52,811 nt of DNA, taken from positions 1 through 52,811 of IMG/VR virus record IMGVR_UViG_3300050015_000111. One strand, 5' to 3'. The translations under genes were made by a program, and so were the position numbers. This stretch comes from a virus (lineage: Duplodnaviria; Caudoviricetes). Below, piece by piece: positions 26,552-34,917 of the stretch. The notes below the pieces were generated by a model. It saw only the letters and a list, made by a program, of their open reading frames with translations, was not told the DNA's origin and did no database searches. Each line of letters starts with the position of its first letter. Within the stretch, counting starts at the first letter, position 1.

Positions 26552-27633
26552 TACGCACTCCTCTCCATTTGCACCACGTTCGAGGTGCGGTTACGCTCTA
26601 GGTAGGATGCCGCGGCACGAAGGCGCGCGGGGGAGTCGCCAAGAAGACCAATGGCGGTGTTGCAGTCTGAACAAAGCAGGCCACGCACGGCGTTCGTCCC
26701 GTGATCGTGGTCAACAGAAAGCCAACGCACAACGCCGTTCCGGGTTGCCGTCTCGGGCTTCTGGCAGATCGCGCAGACGCCGTTCTGGACAGCGAGCATG
26801 GCGTCGAAGGATTCGATGGTCATGCCTTCATAGCGACGAAGCATATTTTTCCGATTGGCCTCTGGGTGGCGCCGGTGGAAGACCGCATTGGCCTCCTTCA
26901 TCGTCCGTCCAGCACGAAGGTTGCTGATGCGGCAATCCCCCGGGGTCTCATTGTCGAACATGACCTTACCAAGCGGCCATTCACCGTAGTGGTGTAGCCA
27001 CGCAAGCCGCTGCGCCTGATGGTCGCAACCGAAGATGTGGATGACGCGATACCCGCGCATCTGAACGTTTCCGGCAGGCTGCCCCTTGATGCGCCCACTA
27101 CCGCTTTCGCGCCACGTAAAGATGCCGGTCAGGGGGTCGTAGTTCAGCAGTTCCCGCAACGTATCGGCATTCAGTTCGCCGGCCCGTTCGCGCAGGTCCG
27201 CTTTGTAGGCGCGGCGAGATTCGGTATCCTTCACACGCTCCGAGTTCGGAACCGACAGCCGAAGATTGCTGATCCGAACGTTGGTCGTGTCGTCGTCATT
27301 GAACCGAAGAACCGTCGTCGGCCACTCGCCATGCATGTAGAGCCACGCCAGGCGAGCGGCTTGGTACACCTTGTGGTCGATAATGACTTCCCAATGGGAT
27401 GCCTTCAAACGACCCGCCAGGCGCCCGGCCAACCGCTGACTGCCCGCCCGGCGCCATGTGAATACCCCGGTCTCGGGGCTGTAGTCCAACATCGCCTGAA
27501 GCTGTGCCTGATCCAACATCCCACTCTCTACCACTTCATGCGGAGGATTCCGCATGTCATGGTCCTCTATAGCACCATTGAGGGTGGGATGCAAGGTCAT
27601 TTTATTCTGCTTAATTCCAGCTAAGTCCTTCAA
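26551..27633 (-). CDS. Free-standing homing-type endonuclease: two HNH_3-like repeats plus endonuclease VII domain
   Basis: 'YSPETGVFTW...ARLAWLY..GEWP...RISNL' twice; 'CAIC...VDHDH...VRGLLCSDCN'. Confidence 0.85.
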   Translation of the reverse strand: MKDLAGIKQNKMTLHPTLNGAIEDHDMRNPPHEVVESGMLDQAQLQAMLDYSPETGVFTWRRAGSQRLAGRLAGRLKASHWEVIIDHKVYQAARLAWLYMHGEWPTTVLRFNDDDTTNVRISNLRLSVPNSERVKDTESRRAYKADLRERAGELNADTLRELLNYDPLTGIFTWRESGSGRIKGQPAGNVQMRGYRVIHIFGCDHQAQRLAWLHHYGEWPLGKVMFDNETPGDCRISNLRAGRTMKEANAVFHRRHPEANRKNMLRRYEGMTIESFDAMLAVQNGVCAICQKPETATRNGVVRWLSVDHDHGTNAVRGLLCSDCNTAIGLLGDSPARLRAAASYLERNRTSNVVQMERSA

Positions 27634-28541
27634 GTTGCTGGGGTTGATCCAAACAACGCCCTCGGGTTGTAGTATCCGGTGAAAAATCGGCTATACCCTT
27701 TTACCAGAAGGTTGTCTGTAATGAAATCAATCTCCATGCTCATCTCAAACGGCTCGCGTTCGAGGAAGATGAGGCCGGGGATGGTGGTGAGCACGAACCA
27801 GTAACTCGGAGAAGTCAGGAAGTCCAACACCTCGTAACCGTCCGGCAGACTGCCGGTGGCACGCATCGCGTTGGCGTCGTTGTCGGACGTGCCGGGCCGC
27901 AGCGTGGTGTGCCACAACCGGGCAGCGATCCACTCCAGGGCCGGCGGAACCAGCAGCTTCTTGCCGCGGGCAAAAATCTTCAGGTTCGCCTGGTCGCGGA
28001 AGTTGACGCGGACGTTGGTCAACGCCTGAAGGAGCGATCCTTCGTTGAGGTCAAGCTGCGTCGAGAACGTGTTCGCGTAGGTGCCGCCGTCGATCGGATG
28101 CAGCGTGGAAAGCAGCGCCACGCCATCGCCGCCGACGTTCGGGTTGTAGGTAGTCGCCGAGTTGAGCACGTTCGCCGAGTAGATTTCCTCGGCCTGCTCG
28201 AAGCTGTTCTGGAGGCCCAGGTTCGATGCCGGGAACTGCGACTCGTACAGGTTATCGGCGATGGCCTTGCGAGTGATCGCGTAGCCAAGACCGATTTCCC
28301 ACGCCTCGTGGTTGAAGATGAACCGCTCGCCCGCGTTGTTGTCCATGGCGGTCGCGCCGCCCTCGAACTTCAACTGCGGCAGGCTGACGTAGCGGGCCTC
28401 GGCGGTGCGCTCGATGCCCATCTTGGACACGCCACGCTCCAGGTATTTCGGCCACTGCCGAGGGATCATCTTGTACTTGCCCTCGATGCCCCGCAGCCCG
28501 GGACGGGTCAAGTCGTAGAGGGCCGCAACATTGATTGCCAT
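27630..28541 (-). CDS. Major capsid protein
   Basis: 303 aa; 'KFEGG', 'GYAITRKAIADNLY', 'GGDGVALLSTLHP', 'LLVPPALE', 'NDAN'; strong GC3 bias. Confidence 0.88.
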   Translation of the reverse strand: MAINVAALYDLTRPGLRGIEGKYKMIPRQWPKYLERGVSKMGIERTAEARYVSLPQLKFEGGATAMDNNAGERFIFNHEAWEIGLGYAITRKAIADNLYESQFPASNLGLQNSFEQAEEIYSANVLNSATTYNPNVGGDGVALLSTLHPIDGGTYANTFSTQLDLNEGSLLQALTNVRVNFRDQANLKIFARGKKLLVPPALEWIAARLWHTTLRPGTSDNDANAMRATGSLPDGYEVLDFLTSPSYWFVLTTIPGLIFLEREPFEMSMEIDFITDNLLVKGYSRFFTGYYNPRALFGSTPAT

Positions 28542-28556
28542 TTTCTATGCCCTCTT

Positions 28557-29177
28557 TCAGATGCCTGCCGCGCCGCCGGCGCGAACCGTGTAGTTCATCT
28601 TCACGACAGCCCAGTTGTAGATCGTCGTGTTGTCGGCGCCGTTCTGCCCCGGAGGAGCGAAGGTGCTGTAAAGATCGACGATCTTGAACGGCAACGTCGC
28701 GGTGACGGTCATGTTGTTGTCGTCGATGCAGTAGCTGCTGATGCCCGTCGCGGTATTGCCGCCCGCACCCGCCACCCACTGCACGTTTTCGCCGATATTA
28801 GTCAGGGCAATCGGGTTAGTGGAGGTGCCAAGTTCGGCGGCCAAGAACAGGGTATCCGGGTCTTGGATGACGAACGCCGTCACCACCGTCGCGGAATTGG
28901 TCAGCGCCACACCGGGCCAGTACTTGCTCTTGATCGGCAGCGCGGTAAGAGGGGTGTTGGTGGTGTATTCGCATCCCCAGAAAATGCCCGCAAGGGGCGC
29001 GGTCTGGTCCGAGGCGAGGATGATGTTGCCCGAGGAGTTGTAGGCAACGGGGTCGCCGCGGAACATGGCCGTGGCGTAGTTGTAGGCAATCGTTACCCTG
29101 GTCAGACCGAAATTCGGGGTTTTCCCAGAAACGCTGCCGTACGGCTGAAAGCCGAACTGGAACTGGACATTCGCCAC
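28557..29177 (-). CDS. Capsid-associated/decoration protein
   Basis: 'FGFQP...FRGDPV...GIFWGCEY...DPD' immediately upstream of the capsid gene. Confidence 0.7.
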   Translation of the reverse strand: MANVQFQFGFQPYGSVSGKTPNFGLTRVTIAYNYATAMFRGDPVAYNSSGNIILASDQTAPLAGIFWGCEYTTNTPLTALPIKSKYWPGVALTNSATVVTAFVIQDPDTLFLAAELGTSTNPIALTNIGENVQWVAGAGGNTATGISSYCIDDNNMTVTATLPFKIVDLYSTFAPPGQNGADNTTIYNWAVVKMNYTVRAGGAAGI

Positions 29178-29280
29178 GCTGGCGGTCTCCTGATCAGGAC
29201 CATTCCTGCGCCCCGAGCTTCGGGGCCAAGCGATCCAAGGGAGACCGCCATCGGCGCGATGGCGGTTGCCTATTTAGGCA
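29178..29280 (-). promoter_or_regulatory. Structured 5' leader with alternative RBS-sequestering stem
   Basis: 11-bp stem TGGCGGTCTCC/GGAGACCGCCA versus 10-bp stem ACCGCCATCG/CGATGGCGGT, plus three small hairpins. Confidence 0.6.
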
Positions 29281-29286
29281 TCGAGC

Positions 29287-29315
29287 ACCTTATACCCATT
29301 CCTGACGGGGGTCAA
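29287..29315 (-). promoter_or_regulatory. Sigma70-like promoter of the capsid operon
   Basis: TTGACC-N17-TAAGGT with an upstream A-tract. Confidence 0.55.
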
Positions 29316-29324
29316 GTGTCTTTT

Positions 29325-29570
29325 TTAGACGAGTTCAAGCCACTCCCCACCGAGTTTCAGTCGGCACCGAAGGCTTTCGTCGAGCCACATGCACTCCGCT
29401 TCTACGACGGCCTCTGACCCGCGCCGGTGTAAACCGGGGTGCCAAAGCATGATGATCCTGTCAAAGCGGCTACCAACCAAACCCTCCGCCGGATGGATGA
29501 TCCGGCATCCCGGCCACAGGATTCTCACGGCACCGTCTAGGTGAGGCAAACAAACGACGGCTGTTTGCAT
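29325..29570 (-). CDS. Hypothetical protein
   Basis: ORF abuts the upstream stop. Confidence 0.5.
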   Translation of the reverse strand: MQTAVVCLPHLDGAVRILWPGCRIIHPAEGLVGSRFDRIIMLWHPGLHRRGSEAVVEAECMWLDESLRCRLKLGGEWLELV

Positions 29571-30080
29571 CTACTCCACCATGATCTCCGTAGTCCCGGA
29601 TTCTCGACGAACCACCGGAACCGTGCTTCGGCTGGCGTCGCGAGGGCCGGTGCCGGGCGGCGCATAGATCAACTGCGAGTTCATGTCGTCCACCCGCTGC
29701 TTTGCCTGCCGGGCCGCCAGTTGGCGCTTGATCCGATGCACGCGATCGGGGATTTCGTACAGCATCATGCCGTCAACGATGATCGGGCCTTTGGTGCCCG
29801 GGGGCATGTAGAGACCATCATGGCGTTCGGCCGGAACCGCTCGCCAGCCGCCGCGTTCGGCATCGGCCGTTCGGGAATAGGCCGGCTGGCCCAGCACCTC
29901 GCACGTCACCCACTGATAGGCCATCCCATCGGGGATGATGTGCTTCGGAACCGCGTACTTGTCGGTGTCGGTTTGCTGAGAGAAATAGGTCTCGATCTCG
30001 GAATCCGACATGGTGTCGAAGTCGGGACCGGCGTGCAGGGATTTGTGAAGGGGATCGCGCGGGGTGTCAAGACAGGGCAT
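29571..30080 (-). CDS. Conserved head-module protein
   Basis: 'IPDGMAYQWV...GWRAVPAERH...VDGMMLYEIP'. Confidence 0.7.
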   Translation of the reverse strand: MPCLDTPRDPLHKSLHAGPDFDTMSDSEIETYFSQQTDTDKYAVPKHIIPDGMAYQWVTCEVLGQPAYSRTADAERGGWRAVPAERHDGLYMPPGTKGPIIVDGMMLYEIPDRVHRIKRQLAARQAKQRVDDMNSQLIYAPPGTGPRDASRSTVPVVRRESGTTEIMVE

Positions 30081-30092
30081 TGTTATTGTTCC

Positions 30093-31124
30093 TCACCGAC
30101 GACGATATGGATATTCGCCGCAGGCGGCAAGTCGTGATTTTTCCGATGCGTAGTCCGCAGGATCGACACCAAGCCACTCGGCGGCCTGCTTGTCCTCCGG
30201 AGAAACGTAGACGTCTCCACCGCGCGTCCGTCCACCCTGGCCGCCAGCATCTCGGCTCGGCGGCGCGGATGGAGGTGGGGCGCCCCGCTGGTCGGGCGGC
30301 GTTTCACGTGGAACCTCCGGCGGTCGATATGTCGGGGATGCTGCCGGTTCGGCCACGCCTGCCTCCTGTTTGATGAGAGCGAAATACTCCGGGGTATCGA
30401 TGGTTAGGCCACGCCCTCGCGCCAATCCTTCGGCGCCCGTAATGCGATCGAACGCAGCCTGATCGGTAAAGAACTGCGGGTTGTCCCGCAGGAAGGTTGC
30501 CGTCGCGTCGGTGCGGCTGGCAATGAAAGCGTCACGCGATGGGGCGCCGAGGCGGCTAAGGATACCGCGCTCCGTTGCCGTTGCGGCCTCCGGTCCTCGG
30601 GGTTGCGGAGGTGGCGCTCGCAGTCTGGATTCCCGTTGGCGTTCGTACTCGCCCTTGCCGCGTTCCAGCTCGCCAACCTCGAACCCTAGTCGGCCAAGCC
30701 GCTCAGTGATCTCAGCAATTCGGCCAAAATCCCCAGCCTCTCCGGCCGTCTTCATCTCGGTTTTGAGGGATTGGACTTCGCCCTGCGCGGCACCGAGGGC
30801 GGTGACGATGGCGGTGAAGCCGGTATCCTCGGCCCCCTGCGCGACACGGAAGGCGTGTTGCTCGGCCGCCACCCTGGCCTGCCGCTCCTCAGCACGCTCG
30901 CTTTCCGCCTGCGTAGCGCGGTTGCGCCATCGGGACAATTCGGCGGCAGCGCGTTCGGCGGCATCTTCGGGGGGCGGGGCCTCCTTGTGTTCTTGTTCAG
31001 GCGTCGGCGGCTCCGGTCCTTCGGCGGAGCGGCGTTCCAGGATTTCGCGGATGCCAGGCGCTTCGCCGGTTATCGGGTTGACGATCGGCGTCTCGGGAAC
31101 ACGGGTATGAGATGTGTCGCTCAT
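30093..31124 (-). CDS. Capsid scaffolding protein
   Basis: Acidic coiled coil; C-terminal 'VSPEDKQAAEWLGVDPADYA' motif; lies between portal and capsid. Confidence 0.7.
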   Translation of the reverse strand: MSDTSHTRVPETPIVNPITGEAPGIREILERRSAEGPEPPTPEQEHKEAPPPEDAAERAAAELSRWRNRATQAESERAEERQARVAAEQHAFRVAQGAEDTGFTAIVTALGAAQGEVQSLKTEMKTAGEAGDFGRIAEITERLGRLGFEVGELERGKGEYERQRESRLRAPPPQPRGPEAATATERGILSRLGAPSRDAFIASRTDATATFLRDNPQFFTDQAAFDRITGAEGLARGRGLTIDTPEYFALIKQEAGVAEPAASPTYRPPEVPRETPPDQRGAPPPSAPPSRDAGGQGGRTRGGDVYVSPEDKQAAEWLGVDPADYASEKSRLAACGEYPYRRR

Positions 31125-31127
31125 GGC

Positions 31128-31613
31128 TTAAAAGACCAAATCGGGGCGAGGCAGGATCATCTTCACGCTACGCTCGCTTTCCAGAAGGATGCACTCCTCT
31201 TTCCAGATACGGCAGCGAACACCCTCGCCGCGGCGGAACATCACCCAGTCACCGACCCTGCAGCGGTCTTCATCCCTAAACTCAATGGCGTCGTTCTCCT
31301 CATAGGCATGCGGTCCCATCTTAAGGACGAGTCCAGAAACGCCCTGCCACTTGTCCTCGTCACGCACCTTGTCGGGAAGGAAAAGGCCAGACCCCTGCCG
31401 CTTTTCAGGCCGCACCCAGATGGCGACGAGGATACGATTCAGGGGGATGACCACATCGCTCAAGTCACCGACCTTGTGCCAGATTTCGGCTTTGTTTTCA
31501 GCAAAGAACGCCGCTGGGTCGTTGACTAATCCAAGGGCTTCGCTTTCTCGTTGCGCCGGTCGCGTGACCAAGCCGATCGGCGACGGGGCGTCCGCCGCCT
31601 TGTGTGCTGTCAC
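31128..31613 (-). CDS. GroES-like co-chaperonin
   Basis: 'NRILV...SGLFLPD...GLVLKMGP.AY...CRVGDWVMF...G'. Confidence 0.8.
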   Translation of the reverse strand: MTAHKAADAPSPIGLVTRPAQRESEALGLVNDPAAFFAENKAEIWHKVGDLSDVVIPLNRILVAIWVRPEKRQGSGLFLPDKVRDEDKWQGVSGLVLKMGPHAYEENDAIEFRDEDRCRVGDWVMFRRGEGVRCRIWKEECILLESERSVKMILPRPDLVF

Positions 31614-31798
31614 TTTCTCTTCTCCTCTGTCATTTCATCTATGATGGCTTGAACGCGCTCCAAGCCTTTGATAAAGCCGACTCTTCTCTGGTAGTCTGGC
31701 CAGTCGGAAGCAGACCCGTTGGCAAGCTGAGAGGCGCGGTCAGCGATATCCTCGATGACGCGCGCCTTTAGCATATCGAACGGCTGGGAAAGGATCAC
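31610..31798 (-). CDS. Conserved small phage protein
   Basis: 'LANGSASDWPDYQRRVGFIKGL'; precedes the GroES-like gene. Confidence 0.65.
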   Translation of the reverse strand: MILSQPFDMLKARVIEDIADRASQLANGSASDWPDYQRRVGFIKGLERVQAIIDEMTEEKRK

Positions 31799-32340
31799 TT
31801 CTTCCCCTCAGCCTTTTCCAACCGACCCTCACCCGAACCCGCCCCAGCCGTCATCCGGCCACCACGGGCACGCGGCGGCATCCCGGCAGGAGGCGCACCA
31901 GGAGGCATCGGCCCCATGCCGCCCACGGGAGCACCCGTGGGACGCGGAGGCATCGCGCCCCCAGGAGGCATTCCAGCGCCCGGTGGCGGGGCACCGCCGC
32001 CCGGGGGCGCGCCCATCGGAGGGCGCATAGGCACCGGAACCGGAACGGGGCGATCCTGGCCCTGACCTTGCGGCATGACGATGTTCACGGTGGTTTTGCC
32101 GCCGTGCTTGCCAGGACGATCCACCTTGCCGCCGCGGGCGCGGCCCTCGACCAAGTGGGCCTTTTTGATCTCGGCGGCCATGTCTTTCTTGTCTTCAACC
32201 TTATCCTTTCGCATCGCGGCGTCGATCATCTTCTTGTCCTCGGCCTCATCGCCGTGGACGGCGCCCCCGTGCGCCCGGTGTTCAGCCACCCTCTTGTCGC
32301 GGCTTTCTTTGACGGCTTCCCGGAGTTCGTTGAACTTCAT
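31795..32340 (-). CDS. Basic/Pro-rich virion-module protein with RAxGG motifs
   Basis: RAHGG, RARGG x2, KHGG; 'AGAGSGEGRLEK'. Confidence 0.65.
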   Translation of the reverse strand: MKFNELREAVKESRDKRVAEHRAHGGAVHGDEAEDKKMIDAAMRKDKVEDKKDMAAEIKKAHLVEGRARGGKVDRPGKHGGKTTVNIVMPQGQGQDRPVPVPVPMRPPMGAPPGGGAPPPGAGMPPGGAMPPRPTGAPVGGMGPMPPGAPPAGMPPRARGGRMTAGAGSGEGRLEKAEGKK

Positions 32341-34603
32341 TGGTCTTCTCCTGTTGCAACATGGCCTGTAGGCCAGCTATGCCGGCTGCGTGAGCGTGAT
32401 CCTGCGCCTGCATGCCGGCTTCATGCTGGCGGTCGATTTCAGCTTGCTGAGTTTCGACGGAGTGCTTGGCTCCGGCCTGCGCCAGGTCGGAACCCGTCTT
32501 CTGTTGGGCACTTTCCTGGTTGATCTTGGCTATTTGCAGATGCGAGGCGCGGTCGGCATCGCGTTCCTGCGATTCAGCCAGCATCTCGGTTGCCCGAAAC
32601 TGCCGCTCACTCGCCTTATCCTGAAGGCTCGCCTGCGCATCGGCACTGGTGGTCTGCGTCTCCGCAACCGCCTGAGCAGTCTGGGCCTCTGCCAGTCCAG
32701 CGGCGGCCTGAGCCTGCTGCGCCTTGGCGGCGATAAGGGCGGGGTTATCGCTACCCTTCTGCTGCCCCATCTGCGCCTTGGCCTGAGCGATCTCTTGCGC
32801 GCTGGCAAGAATGCCTTCTGGGTCCGGGATGCCGACCATCCGCATGAACCGCAGCGCGGTGTCGCGCTCGTGGAACAGATAAGGGGCAGTCTTCGCTAAT
32901 TCGAGCATCGACCACGCGACGGCAATGCGCTGCACCTGGCTGGCGGTGTTGGGATCGGCCATCGGCACCAGCTCGGCTTGATCCAAGGCCGACAGGAACT
33001 CGCTGACTTCCCATTGCCGCGCCGGTTTCGGGTTGAAGCGCCATAGCGCCTCCGGGTCTTCGCGGAACCGCTGCTTGAATAGGCGGAACTCCTCGGCCTG
33101 GCTACGATGCAAGCCCTTGAAGACGCCCTTCATGGGCTTCAGGGCCTGTTCGATCTGGGCAACCATCGTGCCAACCGGCATGTTGGCAGTGCCTTCAGAC
33201 AGCGGAGTCGATGCCTCGCCGCCCAACGCGCGACCGGATTCCTCGATATGCTGGATGAACGCCATGAAGGCAGCATCGGGGGATTTGTAGGGAAGTTGGC
33301 CGATGATCTCCCCCATTGGCTTGCCGCCAGTCTGAATCGGCACGCCGGCACCAGGAGGAACGCGGAACTGGTTCGTCACCTGCTTGCCGGCGTCGGCGGC
33401 ATAAAGGAAACCCGGGAAGTTCGCGAACATGCCGGAGTCGATGAACTCACGGAACGCCGCCGTCAGGGCGCGCACGGTATTTCCGAGGATATGCACCAGC
33501 CCCATAGCGTAGAACCCAAGAGCATTGACGTAGAAATACGGAACAATTTCCTGTCGCGGCAGCTTCAGTTTGTCTGCTTCGTCCCAGTTCCGATAAATCG
33601 ACAGTATTTCGTGGCTATCTTTGTCAATCGTAATCTTATATGGATTGAAATCGTCATCTTCGATATCGCGTTCTGTGCAGCATTCGTAGATCGTATGCAG
33701 ATGGTCGGACGGCAGGGTTGAGAAGCGCGTCAGGCCGGAGGCCCTGTCCTCTGCTTCCCGCAAGGCATCCGACATCGGCAGCGGTGTGCCGAGTTCAACA
33801 TTCCGGTAAACGTCGGCCTTCACCATGCGCCGCAGGACATTGTGGCGCATCATGATCCGGTGCGTCACCCGGGCCGCGTTGCGGAGATCGGTGGCCGCGT
33901 AGTCCACGATCAAGTCGTTGACATCAATGGATTCCGATACCGGGCGACGACGCAACGGGCAGTTGTAGACCTTCTTAAACCCGGTTCCGAATAGGCCAAC
34001 TCGGAACGCCATGCGGGTCGTGTCCGGGTAGTACTCGGTCGCCGTCGTGGTCAGGTAGTGGTTAAGGTCGGATTGCAGCGCCATCGCTAGGTCGGCCGAC
34101 GTGGCACCCGGTACGTCCTGCTGATCCGGGGTTCCCGTAGGCGGTTCTGAGCTGTCATCCCGCACCTTGACTGGCCCATCGGCGGGCAGCAGTTCGGCCA
34201 CGAAATCGGCCTGGAACCGGATGGTGGATTGCAGCAGCAGGGGGTGCCGAAACGTGCTGGTGCCGTCAACTGGCGCCGATGATTCAGAAGCCGCAGATGC
34301 GTTATCCTCGATCCTTGTGCCCAGCAGATCGACGGCCTTGGCAAGACTTTCGATGTACTCACGCCGGCTCATGTCATCGGCAGCAATCTCGCGCAGCAAT
34401 TCATCGGCCAAACCGGCGAGAGCCGTAGGGTCCAGAGTCAAGGCCAGATTTTCGGTGTGCTTGCCGCCAACCTTGGATTTCTCGCGCCAGTTCGTCCGGT
34501 AGATGACGCCACCTTCGGGCGTCGGAATGGCAAGGCGCCCCCGCTCATCCAGGGAGCCGGTCAGTCCATCGTCGGTTTCAACTGTGCGCTCCGAGCCTGC
34601 CAT
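32282..34603 (-). CDS. Portal protein
   Basis: 773 aa after terL; 'HPLL...RFQA...ELLPADGPVK', 'GTGFKKVY', 'GFYAMGLVH', 'ANMPVGT'; Q/A-rich C-terminal barrel. Confidence 0.9.
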   Translation of the reverse strand: MAGSERTVETDDGLTGSLDERGRLAIPTPEGGVIYRTNWREKSKVGGKHTENLALTLDPTALAGLADELLREIAADDMSRREYIESLAKAVDLLGTRIEDNASAASESSAPVDGTSTFRHPLLLQSTIRFQADFVAELLPADGPVKVRDDSSEPPTGTPDQQDVPGATSADLAMALQSDLNHYLTTTATEYYPDTTRMAFRVGLFGTGFKKVYNCPLRRRPVSESIDVNDLIVDYAATDLRNAARVTHRIMMRHNVLRRMVKADVYRNVELGTPLPMSDALREAEDRASGLTRFSTLPSDHLHTIYECCTERDIEDDDFNPYKITIDKDSHEILSIYRNWDEADKLKLPRQEIVPYFYVNALGFYAMGLVHILGNTVRALTAAFREFIDSGMFANFPGFLYAADAGKQVTNQFRVPPGAGVPIQTGGKPMGEIIGQLPYKSPDAAFMAFIQHIEESGRALGGEASTPLSEGTANMPVGTMVAQIEQALKPMKGVFKGLHRSQAEEFRLFKQRFREDPEALWRFNPKPARQWEVSEFLSALDQAELVPMADPNTASQVQRIAVAWSMLELAKTAPYLFHERDTALRFMRMVGIPDPEGILASAQEIAQAKAQMGQQKGSDNPALIAAKAQQAQAAAGLAEAQTAQAVAETQTTSADAQASLQDKASERQFRATEMLAESQERDADRASHLQIAKINQESAQQKTGSDLAQAGAKHSVETQQAEIDRQHEAGMQAQDHAHAAGIAGLQAMLQQEKTNEVQRTPGSRQRKPRQEGG

Positions 34604-34705
34604 CTAGGGCATCCTGTCGGCGACGCTTCCAGACCCGGCGCGGGCGCGGTACGTCGCGATATGGCCCCGTGCGACGCGCAAGGAACCGGGATGCATTATG
34701 GACCA

Positions 34706-34912
34706 CTACGGCGGCGGGGTCAAGGAAAGCACGCGGGTAAGGAACATCGTCCTGACACAGCTGATGTGGTCGCGCGCCAGCAGCGGCGCAATACGGGCGA
34801 TCTCGGCGACGATCTCGGCTCGGGGGATTGCCTTCGCGACCTCCGGAGCCGGATCGGTGCCCCCGTGCGATGTGAATTGGTATCCAGCGTTCATGGCTTG
34901 TTCGAGCGTCAT
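34706..34912 (-). CDS. Hypothetical protein
   Basis: Short ORF between terL and portal. Confidence 0.4.
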   Translation of the reverse strand: MTLEQAMNAGYQFTSHGGTDPAPEVAKAIPRAEIVAEIARIAPLLARDHISCVRTMFLTRVLSLTPPP

Positions 34913-34917
34913 CTTTC

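Noticed and set aside
26551-27633. Group I intron around the endonuclease
   Set aside because: Capsid and downstream genes look complete and abut the ORF; no room for intron core elements.
29178-29280. c-di-GMP-I (GEMM) riboswitch identity for the capsid leader
   Set aside because: GGGGCGCA is reminiscent, but the GNRA loop and flanking GCAAA conserved elements are missing.
27909-29417. 502-aa plus-strand ORF
   Set aside because: Antisense shadow of the capsid and decoration genes caused by strong GC3 bias; no protein-like motifs.
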